Program-made: the position numbers and the translations under genes
Source of the DNA: Octopus bimaculoides
Taxonomy: Eukaryota
Assembly: GCF_001194135.2 (NCBI RefSeq)
Contig: NC_068989.1
Span: 96,466,476-96,530,475 of the forward strand
Length of the DNA stretch: 64,000 nt
Direction: 5' to 3'
Notes under the pieces: model-generated
The model's database searches: none
The model's input: the letters and a program-made list of their open reading frames with translations, nothing else
Told to the model about the DNA's origin: nothing
In this document: positions 51,831 through 64,000 of the stretch, piece by piece
Layout of the letters: every line of letters starts with the position of its first letter
Position numbering within the stretch: position 1 is the first letter of the stretch

Positions 51831-52914
51831 GAACACCAATACTTAGCCTGTTACTTATTGTGTCAATCCAGTCTCATCTAATAGAGAATGCAATGCTCCA
51901 GCATGGCCACAGTTCAAAGACTAAAACTAATGAAATAACATATTGCCAGTCTCATCTTCAGTATTGGAATCGCTGGTTTCAATTAGAGACGTGTCTCTCT
52001 TTCTCTCTTCTTTCCTTTCTCATTTATTCACTGTCAGCATCCTAACCCTTTCCAATCCGATTTTGCTTACTAACAGCTATTATTAATAATGCATGGCAAA
52101 TATTACTAATTAAGAAGATTATCCTTCCTCTCAGCTGGCCTTACCACCTAATTTGTTCGGTTCTGATTTGCTGATTTATCTCTGAACGAAGTCAAGAGTC
52201 AAGTGAGGAACAGGGGGGGGAATCCCAACATAAGCATAGTATTATAGGGGGCACAGTTGAGTTTTTGCTTGATGGCTGGAGCTAAGCCACTGCTAAGCTA
52301 AAATTATTATCGGAAATTGTTTTTGAATGATATTAATTTCGTTTGGTTATCCTCATCCCTAACCAATAATCAAGAGCTAATTAATGACTTGTCGTAGCCA
52401 GTTCGTCTAGCAACACATAGGAAGAAGTTTAGTCAAATATATATATATATATATTGGTGAGGAAATAAGAGAAGAAAACTACAACAAACACAGACAACCA
52501 AAGAACCTATTCCAAATGGGAACAAAATTATCAACACTCTTTTGTTGTTGTTGTTGCTGCTGTTGCATCGTTTCATTTCAGCCAAAGACTATCTAATCAA
52601 AAATGGAGTTTGGCTTATAGAGCAGGTGGGGGTGGCAAAACAAATGAAAAAAAAAAAAGATCATCTCTTCCCCACTCCTGCTTCTAAATCTTCTCATAAT
52701 TTCTCATCTTCTTTTTTTCTTGCATTTCTATTTATCTGGATCACATTGATTTTTTTGCTTTCAATCTATTTGATTATTTCATATCCAATCACCCATATAT
52801 TAACTGTACATTACTCCATAATTTTATACATGTGTGTGTGTGAGTGTTATATATGTGAGTGTTATACATGTGTGTGTATATATGTGTGTACACACACACT
52901 GGCACATTTAAGGA

Positions 52915-53225
52915 CTGCATAGATGTATGGTTAAGAAATTTGCTTCTTAATTAGTGGTTTTCAGTTCAATTCCATCCACTGCATCTTGAGTGTCTTTGAC
53001 TCTAACCCTAGGCTGACAAATTTGTCATGAGGAATTTGATTGATGGAAATTGTGCAGAAGCCTCTTCATGTGTGCATGCACACAAATGGTTGTTTTGCAT
53101 ATTTGAAGACTCATGCAACCACCTGGTTTCAGATTCAGTTCCATGGCACTGGCATCTTAGGCAAGTCTCTTATATTATAGCCCTGCGTTGATTAATAATT
53201 TGTGAGTGAATTTCATGGACAGAAA
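52915..53225 (+). mobile_element. Two tandem family-1 SINE copies
   Basis: ggttaagaaatttgcttc...cagttcaattcc and accacctggtttcagattcagttcc...cttaggcaagtctctt. Confidence 0.7.
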
Positions 53226-54249
53226 ATGTGTAAATACTGGGGTCAATTTGTTTGATTAAGCCCTTCAAGATGGTGCCCCAGCATGGCCTCAGTTTAATAA
53301 CTGAAATAAAAGATAATGCAATTGTATTTCTCTAATGTAAATGGCCTGAGCCCTACTTGACCTTGGGAATTAGCCAAAAGCAACAAATTCAGTTTTTAAC
53401 AACTCAGAAACATTAACGAAGACTTTTGCAAATGCATTCATCTTTTCAACTTACTTTGTCGATTAAATCTAAAGTGGTTAAGAATAAGTGTTTAAGAATA
53501 AGAGACATTTAAAGCAGCTTAAAATAGAAATTAAAATGGATGAGAACAGACATGAATAGAATGAAAGAAAAAAAAAAACACCTCATGAATGAATTTTTCT
53601 TTAAAGTTTGGCTGGTAGCCAACACCTGTCCATGTTTTTATGTTTAAAGTAAGTTCTTTCATATTTCGTATGTGTATTTCGTGTATTATTACCGGCATAA
53701 TGCCTCTCCCAAGGTTTAATTGTAAGTTCTTTCATATAATCAAAAAAGGTTTTGACTTTAATATACCTTTCTTTTATATGCATTAAAAAAATCTCTTTGT
53801 TGCGAAGTGTTTTCTCCGGCCCAGTTTGGCCCGATTCAAGTTTTATCTGTTTCACTTTTTATATAGTTTAATGAAATTTTTACCTGCATAGTCACACATT
53901 TGCAGCCTATCTTTGCAAACGTTTGCCTTGTGCCTCTTTAAAACACCAATGTGTAGCAAGTTTTTTGATGTATGAGGGTCAGCTGAAAGGTTCATAGGCT
54001 GTGTATATCTGAATGTGCATGTGTGTGCATGTTTGTATATAGATAGATCGATCATTTATACAAAATATGGGGGTTTAGTTCACAGGTGATCTAAATGACT
54101 AGGTATGCTAGGTAAATGCTGTAATGGATTACTAGGGCTCCAAGTTTATAGCCGAGATGGTAGTTATGGAGCCATTGCACATTTCTGATATAGTGGAAAT
54201 GTGATTGTTAAACATTAAGGTAAGGCAAACATCTCAAGTCATATACATT

Positions 54250-55190
54250 ACTATTATTGGAAAAAAAATTCAAAGTCTTACAGCTGTTTCTGAGATATCC
54301 TAGAGTATGGGAATGGTAGTGGAGGTGGTTATTAAGTGGTAATGGAATGGTAGTGGAGGTGGCTATTAAGTGGTAAAAAGAAAGAAAAGTAAATAAACAG
54401 AGAGGTAGAGAGAGTGAGGGGGTAAGTTAAGGATTGGCGTTAAAAATAGAGAAAGGTATATAAATGTATAGTATCTAAGAATATGATGTACAAAGATAGC
54501 CAAGAAGATAAGAGGGAGGAGGAGGTAGAGGAAGATAACGTAAAAAAAAAAAATAAAGTAAAATGAAAGGGATACAAAGAGAATAGTAGGTGCCAGTGGT
54601 ATTCTTCTAGTCTGTAGGGGATAAAGAGGAAATCTAGTAGTTAGTGTTTGTGTCCGTTCTGTGTGTTAATGATGATGGAGGTTTGCAAGTGGGTGTTATT
54701 TATGGTGGGGTGGGGATGAATTTACATGTGGATTTATGGAAGAATTTTAAAATGCAGAAGAATTTGTTTACACATTGTGAAGGATTTGTTGTGTTTGTTA
54801 AGCAATTGTGGTGAGTTATGGGCTAAAAGTTTGAGGGCTTCTTTTAAGCAGAGTCCACAAATGGAGTGCTGTCCCTGATCTGGAATACCAGAATCTATTA
54901 TATTCCAAGAAAGTCTATATTGTATTTTCCTCTTAATTAGATGGTGTACATGGCTGGCTAGTAAATGTGGGATTGCTATTCTCTTTATATTTAAATGAGT
55001 ATAAATGTGCATAATATCTTTGTTTGGAAATTGTAGTAGATCCAATGTAGTAACTTTAGGAGTTATTTACTATGTTGTGAACGGTGCATTGGTATACGAT
55101 GGTGAATCTTCTGCAGTGGGCTTGCAGCGGGCAGTCTGTCCCAGATCTGCAGTTGCGGCTATCAGTTCTATGATGGTTAGTTGGAGAGAT
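54250..55190 (-). mobile_element. Penelope-like element: GIY-YIG endonuclease C-terminus plus 3' UTR/pseudo-LTR
   Basis: RNCRSGTDCPLQAHC...IVYQCTV...YYIGST...KQRYYAHLYSFK, then ...WNIIDSGIPDQGQHSICGLCLKEALKLL...LLNKHNKSFTMCKQ (frameshifted). This matches the CNC..CPL / VY..YIG / C.LCL.E..LLNK pattern of PLE ORF ends. Confidence 0.85.
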
Positions 55191-55735
55191 AGAGATGAGG
55201 TAGTGCTGGTAATGGCCAGGATAGTATTAGGTGAATTGTTCATGATGTTGCTGTTATTATCGCCGTCATTTCTAGTATCTTTAACAATGATAGATAGATA
55301 GATTGGCAGGCATATGTGTATATATTTATGTATGTACACATACATGCATAGGTAGGCAGGTGGTCTGACTGGCTTACAACTCACTTTTCAGCTCAAAATA
55401 TTGTTAAACATGATAGAAGTTGAAAGCCAGCGTTTATGTGAATATTTTATTTGGAAAATTGCTCTTGTATATGGAATTATTTCCAGTATTTCTGCATTTC
55501 TTTTTATTGAACCTTTTATTTGTTTTACAACAAAATCATTGATAAAATCATAGCAGCAATAATGACAGTGACATGTGTGTCTTTGTTGTGCACAGTTCCA
55601 GTTGTTTATTGTCAGATATACATAAAAAGTGTATATGTTACCTGTATGTGATGTTGATACATGTACACACATGTATATCAGATGGTGGCTTATCTGCATT
55701 ATTACATTATATATTTATGTGTGAGTGATATGTGC

Positions 55736-55775
<40 letters not shown>

Positions 55776-55789
55776 CCATGAAAATACTC

Positions 55790-56103
55790 ACTTAGTTTAG
55801 TGGTTAGGTTATTTGGTTTACAGTCATAAAGTTGTGAGTTCAAACCCTAGCAGTGCATTGTACCCTTGGGCAAGACGCTTTATTTCATGTTGCTCCAGTC
55901 CAGTCAGCAGGCAAAAATGAGTTGTTCCTGTAGTTCAAAGGGGCCTAGCCTTGTCACATTCTGTGCCATGCTGAATCTCTTTCAGAACTACGTTAAGGGT
56001 GCACGTGTCTGTGGAGTGCTCAGCCACTTGCACGTTAATTTCACGAGCAGGCTGTTCTGTTGATCGAATCAACTGGAACCCCTGTTATTGTGACCAAAGG
56101 AGT
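55790..56103 (+). mobile_element. tRNA-derived SINE (family 2)
   Basis: Collinear with 38678-38998; followed by a (GTA)n tail. Confidence 0.88.
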
Positions 56104-56199
56104 GACAGTAATAGTAGTAGTAGTAGTAGTAGTAGTAGGAAGAGGAGAGGAGGAGATCAATAGGAAGTAGAAGTTCTGAGCTGTGGATAGTGGGAGAAA

Positions 56200-57660
56200 G
56201 TGTGACATCAGGAGGAAGTCATTGGTGAACCCCAGCATTGGTGAATGCCATTTTATGGGGAGGAATCATTTCATTTGTGGGAGTTTAAGGGGGAAACATT
56301 ATTTCTCCATGACCACAGGTAGATGCGCATTTCTTCTTCCTGCTTCTGATGGAATCCAGGGCCTTCCTCTGCACGTGCCCCAGAGACTTGGTATCTTAAG
56401 ACTCATGGTTTTAACATTATTTTGCCAAATTATTATGGTTTTTGAGAGAGAAAAGAATGTGAGGGGAAGATTTAGAAACTTATTCCCACAACAAGCCATT
56501 TTAGTTCATAACTGGAGAGAATATCAATTAAGATTGAGACATGAAACGTTAGGGTCATTTAATGGTGAAGGAGCTGTGGTTGCATGAGTGAGGAAGATGA
56601 GGGTGATTTTGAAGCTGAAGAGGATTCTGAATGTGGCAAGTTTTATGTTGTTTTATTTAAAACAACCAGTATTGGCTCTGCACTGAGAGATAAACAAAGA
56701 ATCCCAGGACGATGCAGAGAAAATAGATGCCAGACTAATGGAGGCTTTTACAGATGTTTGTAGCCTATGGCAAGATGGAGGGAAGAAAATGGACTCAGGA
56801 ACAAGCAGATGTGATTTAAAAAATTGGTGGGACTTGCTAAATACACTAGAGATGATTGGTTGGAACCTAGCAGTTATGGCTAGTTGACCTGCTTATATAT
56901 TAGTAGGGTTGCAGCTATTGGAAAATTTGGTGACCAGGACTTGAGTGTAAGCAGCAACAAGACCCCCAAGCCATAATCACACAGGGACAGAGTTCTATGA
57001 AATGGTAAACTTGAGCAGAGCAGATTCAGTAGAGGGAAGAGGGCATGTGTGAACATTTAAGGGACAGCCTCCAGATGTCATGGGCCACAAGGAACTCAAG
57101 TGAGGAGCAGGCTGGTCATATAGTAAGCCATTGCATTCAAAGAAATGAAGGAGGTGGGGGACCTACTGTGCTGTAGAAATTCTAATAAAGAGGAGGAGTA
57201 GAGTGAACACACAGGTTGGTAAAGGCTTTATAACTTTTCGGATCACTTTATAGCTAAATTCCTCACCTGCAGAGAATTTTACAAAAATGGAGATAATTAT
57301 CGAGTGGGTCCATGGAAATTATTAATCCCTTTCAGTTGTTTAAAGGCTTATTGATTAGGGATAGAGGCCTGCTGTTGCATGAAATGATCTTGAGATCAGT
57401 AGGTGTGCCTGGTGTTGTGGAGGTGGTGAGTTAAGATAATGGATGAAAATAATGTTGAAAGTAACCAATAGGAAGAATGTCTTTTTATCAACCAGAATCA
57501 ATTCCCACATGGGAGTATGTAAGCCAAGAAGGAAGTGCAATTTATTCACTGCTGCATGTAGACACATTTCTTCCACTGATTCACAATGTAGTGTTTGCCT
57601 TCTTCCTCTGCGTGAGCACCCCAGAGACAAGAACCTCTGGCTTAGGTAAAAACGAAGCCA
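56200..57660 (-). mobile_element. Highly decayed L2/CR1-type LINE (AP-endonuclease to pre-RT region)
   Basis: ELILVDKKTFFLLVTFNII...YLNSPPPQHQAH resembles IL.GDFN.HH..WL.S. No intact ORF remains. Confidence 0.5.
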
Positions 57661-60600
57661 TTTCATGTCGTTCACCTATTTCCTCTTTTATAGTTATTGC
57701 TGGATGTCAGCTATTTATGGCGGCTTTTAGATGTAAAGAAAAATAATTTAATTGTCTTCTCACTGTGAAGTATTTATAGACTGGTTTTACTACTTTATAG
57801 ACCAGCGGTTCCTTGTTTTAATATCAGCATGATGAAATTATATATTACTATTAAAAGAGAAAGTAATATCCATTCATCCACATATGTGTATGTGTGTATG
57901 TATATATTTACATGTACAAACACACATACACATGTATGTAATTATGTATTTATGTATATTATATATTCATGTATACATATTTACATACACACACACACAC
58001 ATATATATACACACACATATTTTTATGTATATTTATATATTCGTGTGTATGTATGTATGTATATTTGTATGCATATATATCTTTATATATATATCTATAA
58101 CGTACACACACACTATATATGTGTGTGTGTGTATGTATAATACTTATATATGTACAGATTCTTATATATAAATATATGTGTATACATGCATATATGAATT
58201 TAAAATAGATGTAAAATATGTGCTGCATCTGATGAATAATGAAACGAAAGAATCTCTTATCAAGGGCCATATTTTTATGAATTGAGTGCAAAATTTTGAG
58301 AAACTTGTTACAAGATGGTGCGAGAATTGCTTCATGCTAATTTAAAGTTATTCAGTGATGATTAACTCATATAAACAGTCTTAAGATATAAATATGGAAA
58401 TAGATAAATATATAAATGTATTGTACATTCTCAATGAGAAATGTAAGGATTCTGTTGCTATATAAATTCAGTGGATTTTTCTAGAAAAAGTTGCTTTTTG
58501 TTTATTTTTATATCTATTACAGTATTTGCAAGGTTCGCAAATATAATATGAAATATCTGATTTTTAAATTCACACAAACAAATATTTAAATCCATGAAAA
58601 ATTTATTTTTATTTTATTTTTAATAGCTGTGAAGAATATGAAAATAGGATGGTGGGAGGGGGGGTACTTTAAAAGTAGATATACTGAATTTGTTGGGCTG
58701 AATGCTTATTTTGATAATAAATGTAAAAATTTGGAAAATTGCTGCTTGTTTAATATGTAAAGGTTTTGTTGAATAGAATCAGATTTGTTGTAAAATATTT
58801 AAAATGGTTTCCATTTAATTATTATCTATTTGTTGTTGTATTTATTTCTTGCATTTCGTAGTTTCAGGATCTTCAGAAAGGCATGATTATTAGGAAGAGT
58901 CAATATAGGTGATTAGCAGCTAAAGCCAAGATTTTTCTTTTCTTTTCTCTTTTTGTTGTTGAGGTTGTTGCTGAAGAGAGAGCAGTAAAAAAATACTTTA
59001 GTGGTGATGTTGGGGATGGTGGTGGTGGCAGGTGGTTGTGGGTGGAGGTTATGATTCCTGGGAGTAGAGACAGGTTGAAGCTGACTAAATTGATACAGTA
59101 CATGACTGGTATTTATATAATTGTTCCAAACATAAGCAGAAAAGTCTGAAATTTGGGGAAGGCAGATCGGCTGGTATCATTGACCCCTGTTCTTGACTAA
59201 CACTTTATTTATTGAACCCCAAATGGTGCAAAATGAGGTTGACTTTGTTAGAATTTCAACTGAGAACATAAAGAACTGGAACGAATGTTGCAAAGTAATT
59301 TTTCCTTTTTTGTTCCTGTGGTTCTACCAAACCAGCATCTGTAATTACTTCTAACGTAATCATTATCATCATCATTGTAACATCCACTTTTCCATGCTTC
59401 CATGCGTTGCATGGAGTTGATTGAGGTACATTTTGTATAGCAGGATGCCTTCCCTGTCTAAGCAAGGTAATATCCCTCCCAGAGCCCAAACATATTTCTT
59501 CCTCAGAAGAAGAAGATTGGAACTGAATGACCACTGCTTGCGTGACAGCGATACTCATTTACAGCTATCATGTGACATCAAGACAAGGAGATGCACACAC
59601 ACACACACTTACATACACATATACATACATACATACATATGTATGTATGCAGAGGACATGCGAAGGTTAGAGAGGAATGAAGCTAGTATTTATGGGCCAC
59701 TTGCACGGAAGCCAGACAGCTGCTCTGGCAATGAACACGCTCGGACAGTGCTGTTAGTGCTCCACTGGCACAGGTGACATGCTATTGTTTAAGTATTGGG
59801 TATTTTCCTAGTGGTTAGCTGCTAAAGTGTGTTCACTACCTATGGCTACCTGACGCAATCAATGGTATTTACACAATTGTCACTGCATCTACCTCAGGAA
59901 TTCCTCAGTGTTTGTCAAGTGTATAACAAATGATAGAGATGGGAAATGGAATATACAAGAAACTTTATTTCTCACTACGATCGGTTTGACCCATCCTGCA
60001 TCAGTGGATGGAATACTGTACAAATGGTTGTGGTGCACCCCTCTGTGTAGGAGTGTCTCATCAGCTGATTTTTACAAAGGGGTGTCTCATTAAATAAACC
60101 CTGTTTCACTCAGTTCTAATACAGCATGTTCTTAGTGGCCATGGATTTAAGCTCTTGGGTAGGAATGGCAAGGGACAAGATTCCGTTGCAATGTTATAAA
60201 TGGTTATCTTCATGTATTTAGGAGTAAATCAATGCCAGGGAGTAAAGAAGAAAAATAAGAAAATAAAAAAAATAAAACCTACAATAAAGTAAAAAATTAT
60301 ATGCATAAGTAGGCATGGAGATGCTTCCGTCCCTAGAAAGACTGTTTATGAAAGTCATGTAAAATGTAATTAGATACTAACGACATTTGATAAAGTTTTA
60401 ATTGTTATTGATTTATAACAAATGCCTTAAATTATTTGAGTGTGTTTGGGTGGGAGGGTAGGGTTGAGTCTGTTGATCTACATGACTGCAGTATTTGATT
60501 GATACATATTTTCTCAACCCCAGGAGTATGAAATGCAAAACTGACATCAGCAGGATTTGATCACAGAAAGAAATAAAATGGAAGTTGCAAAACACTTGAT

Positions 60601-62519
60601 ATTCTTTCTCTGTAACAATTGAAAGTAGATACTTATGGAATATGGTCTGAATGTCATAAGAATCTGTAGCTAAAAAATAAAAAACGAATTTTAACAAGAA
60701 GGTTTGGCTTGACTTCAGGAACATTACTTATGTTTTCACTCTCAGAGATCAGTGAAAACCTGAAGAGGTTTCACTTTGCCAAAACTTTGATCTACGTCGT
60801 TAAAGCAAGTGGAACTACATTCCAAGAAAGAAAACCAAATTTCAAGTAGCTCAGGTCTGTTGCAATTGAATGAAGGATATTTGTTCAAGAGAATACTCAC
60901 TCTGATAATTATTTCCTTGATTGTCAATGGCATGTTTGGTCATGAGATCAAGTTCAGTTTGCAACCACAGAGACCCACGTTCTATCAAGCTGCGCAAAAC
61001 AATTTTGAGATCAATGAAATAAGTACCAGGGGTGATGTAATCAACTAGCCTCTCCCCCAAAATTTCAGGCCTTCTGCCGATAGAAAAAGGATTGTTATTA
61101 TTATTATTATTGTTGTTTGTTATTTTTTCCCACCTCTTTTCTGTAGAACCATTATGCAAAAGCATCTAAGATAATTGAAACAAAAATTTTTTTAAATCAA
61201 TTTTTGGAAGAATTTCTTTTCTTTTCTTTAGTGGAATTTTGATTTTTGTTTTTTTTTTCTTTTGCATCCACACTAACTTTGAATTCTTTAACCATTCTAA
61301 CCAATCTGTAAGAAATGAAACCAGGAAGTATTTCTAAATGATCGTTGGAACAATTTCAATGATATCTTTTATTGACCATGATTTCCATCAGAACAAATTG
61401 ATTGAAAGAAGAAAATTAAGCATTTCTAAAATATTTCATTGAAAACTTTCACTTTTGTAATCAATGTCAATTTTGAGGAATTGAAGTAATTTTCAGTTTT
61501 AATCACCAAAAAAAAGTTTCCTTTTTTTTAAAAATTTAAATTTAAAATGAAAATTTTTCAAGAAATAACAATTTCAAGAAGAAATATATCTCCTTGTTGT
61601 TGTCATTGTTTTTGCTGCTGTGTCATCGTCATCATCATCATCATCATCATCATCGTTGTTGTTGTTGTTGTTGTTGTTGTTGTTGCTTATGCTGTTACTC
61701 TTGCTGTTGTTGTTGTCTCACTTCAATTTAAGAAGTTTAATTCTTTTGTCTAACTGAATTTCCTGAGCCACTTATTGCCTCTAGCTGTGCTGGTGGCAAT
61801 GGTGGTGGCGGTGGCAGTGGTGGTGGTGGCGGTGGCAGCGGTGGTGGTGGTGGCAGTGGCGGTGGTGTACTGTGAATGACTTTTGAGAATCTTAAATACT
61901 ATTATTTAGATGAATAATTTTCATTTCTAAACAATACTGCGAACAGTGAACCACTAATTTGTATTTACTCTGACTTGTTCGTTACTATTTTGGACCTGAT
62001 TAAAATGAATGGAAATGTTGACTTTTGTTGTGATGGTATCATCATCATCATCATAATCTTTATTAGGAACAGTTCCTCAGGTGGTGAAATGGCAGAATCA
62101 TTCACAACTCAGACAAAATGTTTAGTGGAATTCTTATGTTTTGAGTTCAAATTCCATTGAGATTAACTTTGCCTATCATCCTTTTCAGATTAAAAAAAAA
62201 AAAAGTACCAGTTGAATGTTGGGGTTGATGTAATCAACTTCACCTCAAAATTGCCGGTCTTGTGCCAAAAATTAGAAAGAATTATTAAAAGGCTCTCTGC
62301 ACAATTCTTTTTTGCTGTTTGGTGCATGTGTCTTTGGTTCGGTGTTCTGTGACTGGATGCCGGCTTTGTTAGGTGGTTCAGGAGTTTTGTTTGTAACTGG
62401 ATGGCTTTCGGTTCAATCCTATTGTATCATATCTTGAAAAAGTGCCTGCCTCAGGTCGACTGTGTGTTGAGGCCTATTTTATGTGTGTGTGTGTGTGTGT
62501 GCATGCGTATGTGTGTGCC

Positions 62520-62850
62520 TATGTAAAATGGTAAAGGGTAAAAGATACCCTTCGGTCATGAATGACCACAAGATTGCACGTAAAAAGTTCCCTGCCAAGG
62601 CACAAGTCCAGGCAAGGCTGTTTATGGAAGACCAACAGTTGGCCAGGCATACTGGGCACCCCTCCTCTCCATGCAATCGATGTTGTCCCAGAGAAAGGCA
62701 AAGGGGCCGATACAGCTTGGCAACTCATTTCTACAACTGAGGGAACTGAAGCAACATGAAATAAAGTGTCTTGCTCAAGAACACAACACACAACCCAGTC
62801 AGGGAATTGAACTCACTACCTCATGACTGTGAGCCTGACACTCTACTGAG
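62520..62850 (-). mobile_element. tRNA-derived SINE (family 3)
   Basis: Head ggaattgaactcactacctcatgactgtgagcctgacactctactgagccat is the reverse complement of a tRNA-like A/B box region. It shares gcaacatgaaataaagtgtcttgctcaag with family 2. Confidence 0.8.
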
Positions 62851-62928
62851 CCATATGCCATGTATATTTATGTGTGTGTGTGTGTGAGGTATATATACCA
62901 GTAAGCACAGATACAAACATGAAATTAT

Positions 62929-62984
<56 letters not shown>

Positions 62985-64000
62985 CCACAGATATATCAGG
63001 GTAGTGTTGATGTTCCTTCTTCCCCCTTCATTGTCACTGCCCCCTCTCTTCTCTCCCCTCTCTCCTTCTTAGTCCCAGATAATTTCTCATTAAGTATAAC
63101 TATAACCAAAGACATTCAGCCTCTGTCCATCCCATCTCAGCATATCTGGGATCATCCAGTCTAGTCTATCTTTCCTCTCCTTTAATTTGAAGATGGTTTT
63201 GCCTGACTTGAGGGCTATTTAGCTATCCTTCCTAGCAGGTTAAAAGGATCACATGGAGTGTCTTTTATTGGCTTTTGAGGGACTTGTTTGTGTGTTTTGT
63301 CTGTAAAATTTGGTGGTTTTCTATTGCATTTGAGAACAGATTACTTAATTCTGCATCACATTGTCATCCCTTTAGCTGATGGAAATAATTTGAAGGTTGT
63401 TGTGGTAGGCTTTGATAGTTATGTTCCATGATAACAATGATGATGATGATGCCAAACATTTTCTAAGGGTGTTTTGTACTGGAGGCATCCAAATTTCTTT
63501 ACTTCCTAGATATAAGTATCTATCTACTGTATAATTTTTATATTGAATTGATAGATACCTGCTGTCAAACTCGGTGTCTTTTTCAGCTGATTTGTAGCAG
63601 AAATCTGCTTGAATACTTGTTTATGTAACTGTTTTGAAAATTGTGCTTATTTATAAATTTCAAACTCTTTATCCTTTCATATATTGATTTATCTTCCTCT
63701 TCGGAAATAGAACTACTTATAAGTGCTATCATCAGAAAACCAGTTTGTATAGAAAAGATCCTCAGAATAAAAACATATAATGCTACCAGCCTTTCCTTTT
63801 ATCTTTTTTTTTTTCCCCAAATATTGATATAGAAAAGTCTTCTGCCGACCTTCTTTTTGTGCTGAATATCAAATATAACTAATATATATTTTGATAGAAA
63901 TCATAAAATGTTTCTTATTCAAGCCATTGGTAATGTTTTTACAATGCAAAGGAATTATTATCCCCTGCCCTATTTCAGGGGAACTTTATTTCAATGAATC

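Noticed and set aside
53884-53900. TGCATAGTCACA resembling miR-153, and cttgcgtgacagcg near 59537 resembling miR-210
   Set aside because: Only partial matches, with no precursor hairpin. The second lies inside an RTE-tail repeat.
58229-58250. CTGATGA-ATAAT-GAAAC hammerhead-like spacing
   Set aside because: No stem II can form and there is no G-C closing pair; expected by chance in AT-rich DNA.

Overview
AT-rich, repeat-dense eukaryotic (animal) DNA from a gapped short-read assembly with 8 N-runs, several bordered by microsatellites. The tRNA/CORE-type SINEs, the RTE-type 3' tails ending catgctagcatgg...gatgatgat and the density of (TA)n/(CA)n/(TAA)n resemble an Octopus/coleoid genome. That assignment is an inference from recalled repeat consensus and was not checked against a database. 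No host protein-coding gene can be identified with confidence. The long ORFs in the track are microsatellite or N-gap artefacts or decayed retroelement ORFs: CR1/L2-type RT, RTE, R4/Dong-type RLE LINEs, a Penelope GIY-YIG end and a mariner end. The window looks like a long intron or gene desert. The observations most worth following up are: (1) a textbook zero-length-exon (ratchet/recursive splice) motif, Y17-AG|GTAAGT, at 23184-23208; (2) a head-to-tail chain of R4/Dong-type LINEs joined through TAA-type microsatellite tails, including a non-coding TAA-tailed candidate partner element; (3) a 1.1-kb fold-back element in (TA)n whose inner copies have selectively lost CpGs; (4) degenerate hammerhead-ribozyme-like motifs; (5) a Helentron/HINE-like element end; (6) several orphan candidate exons.
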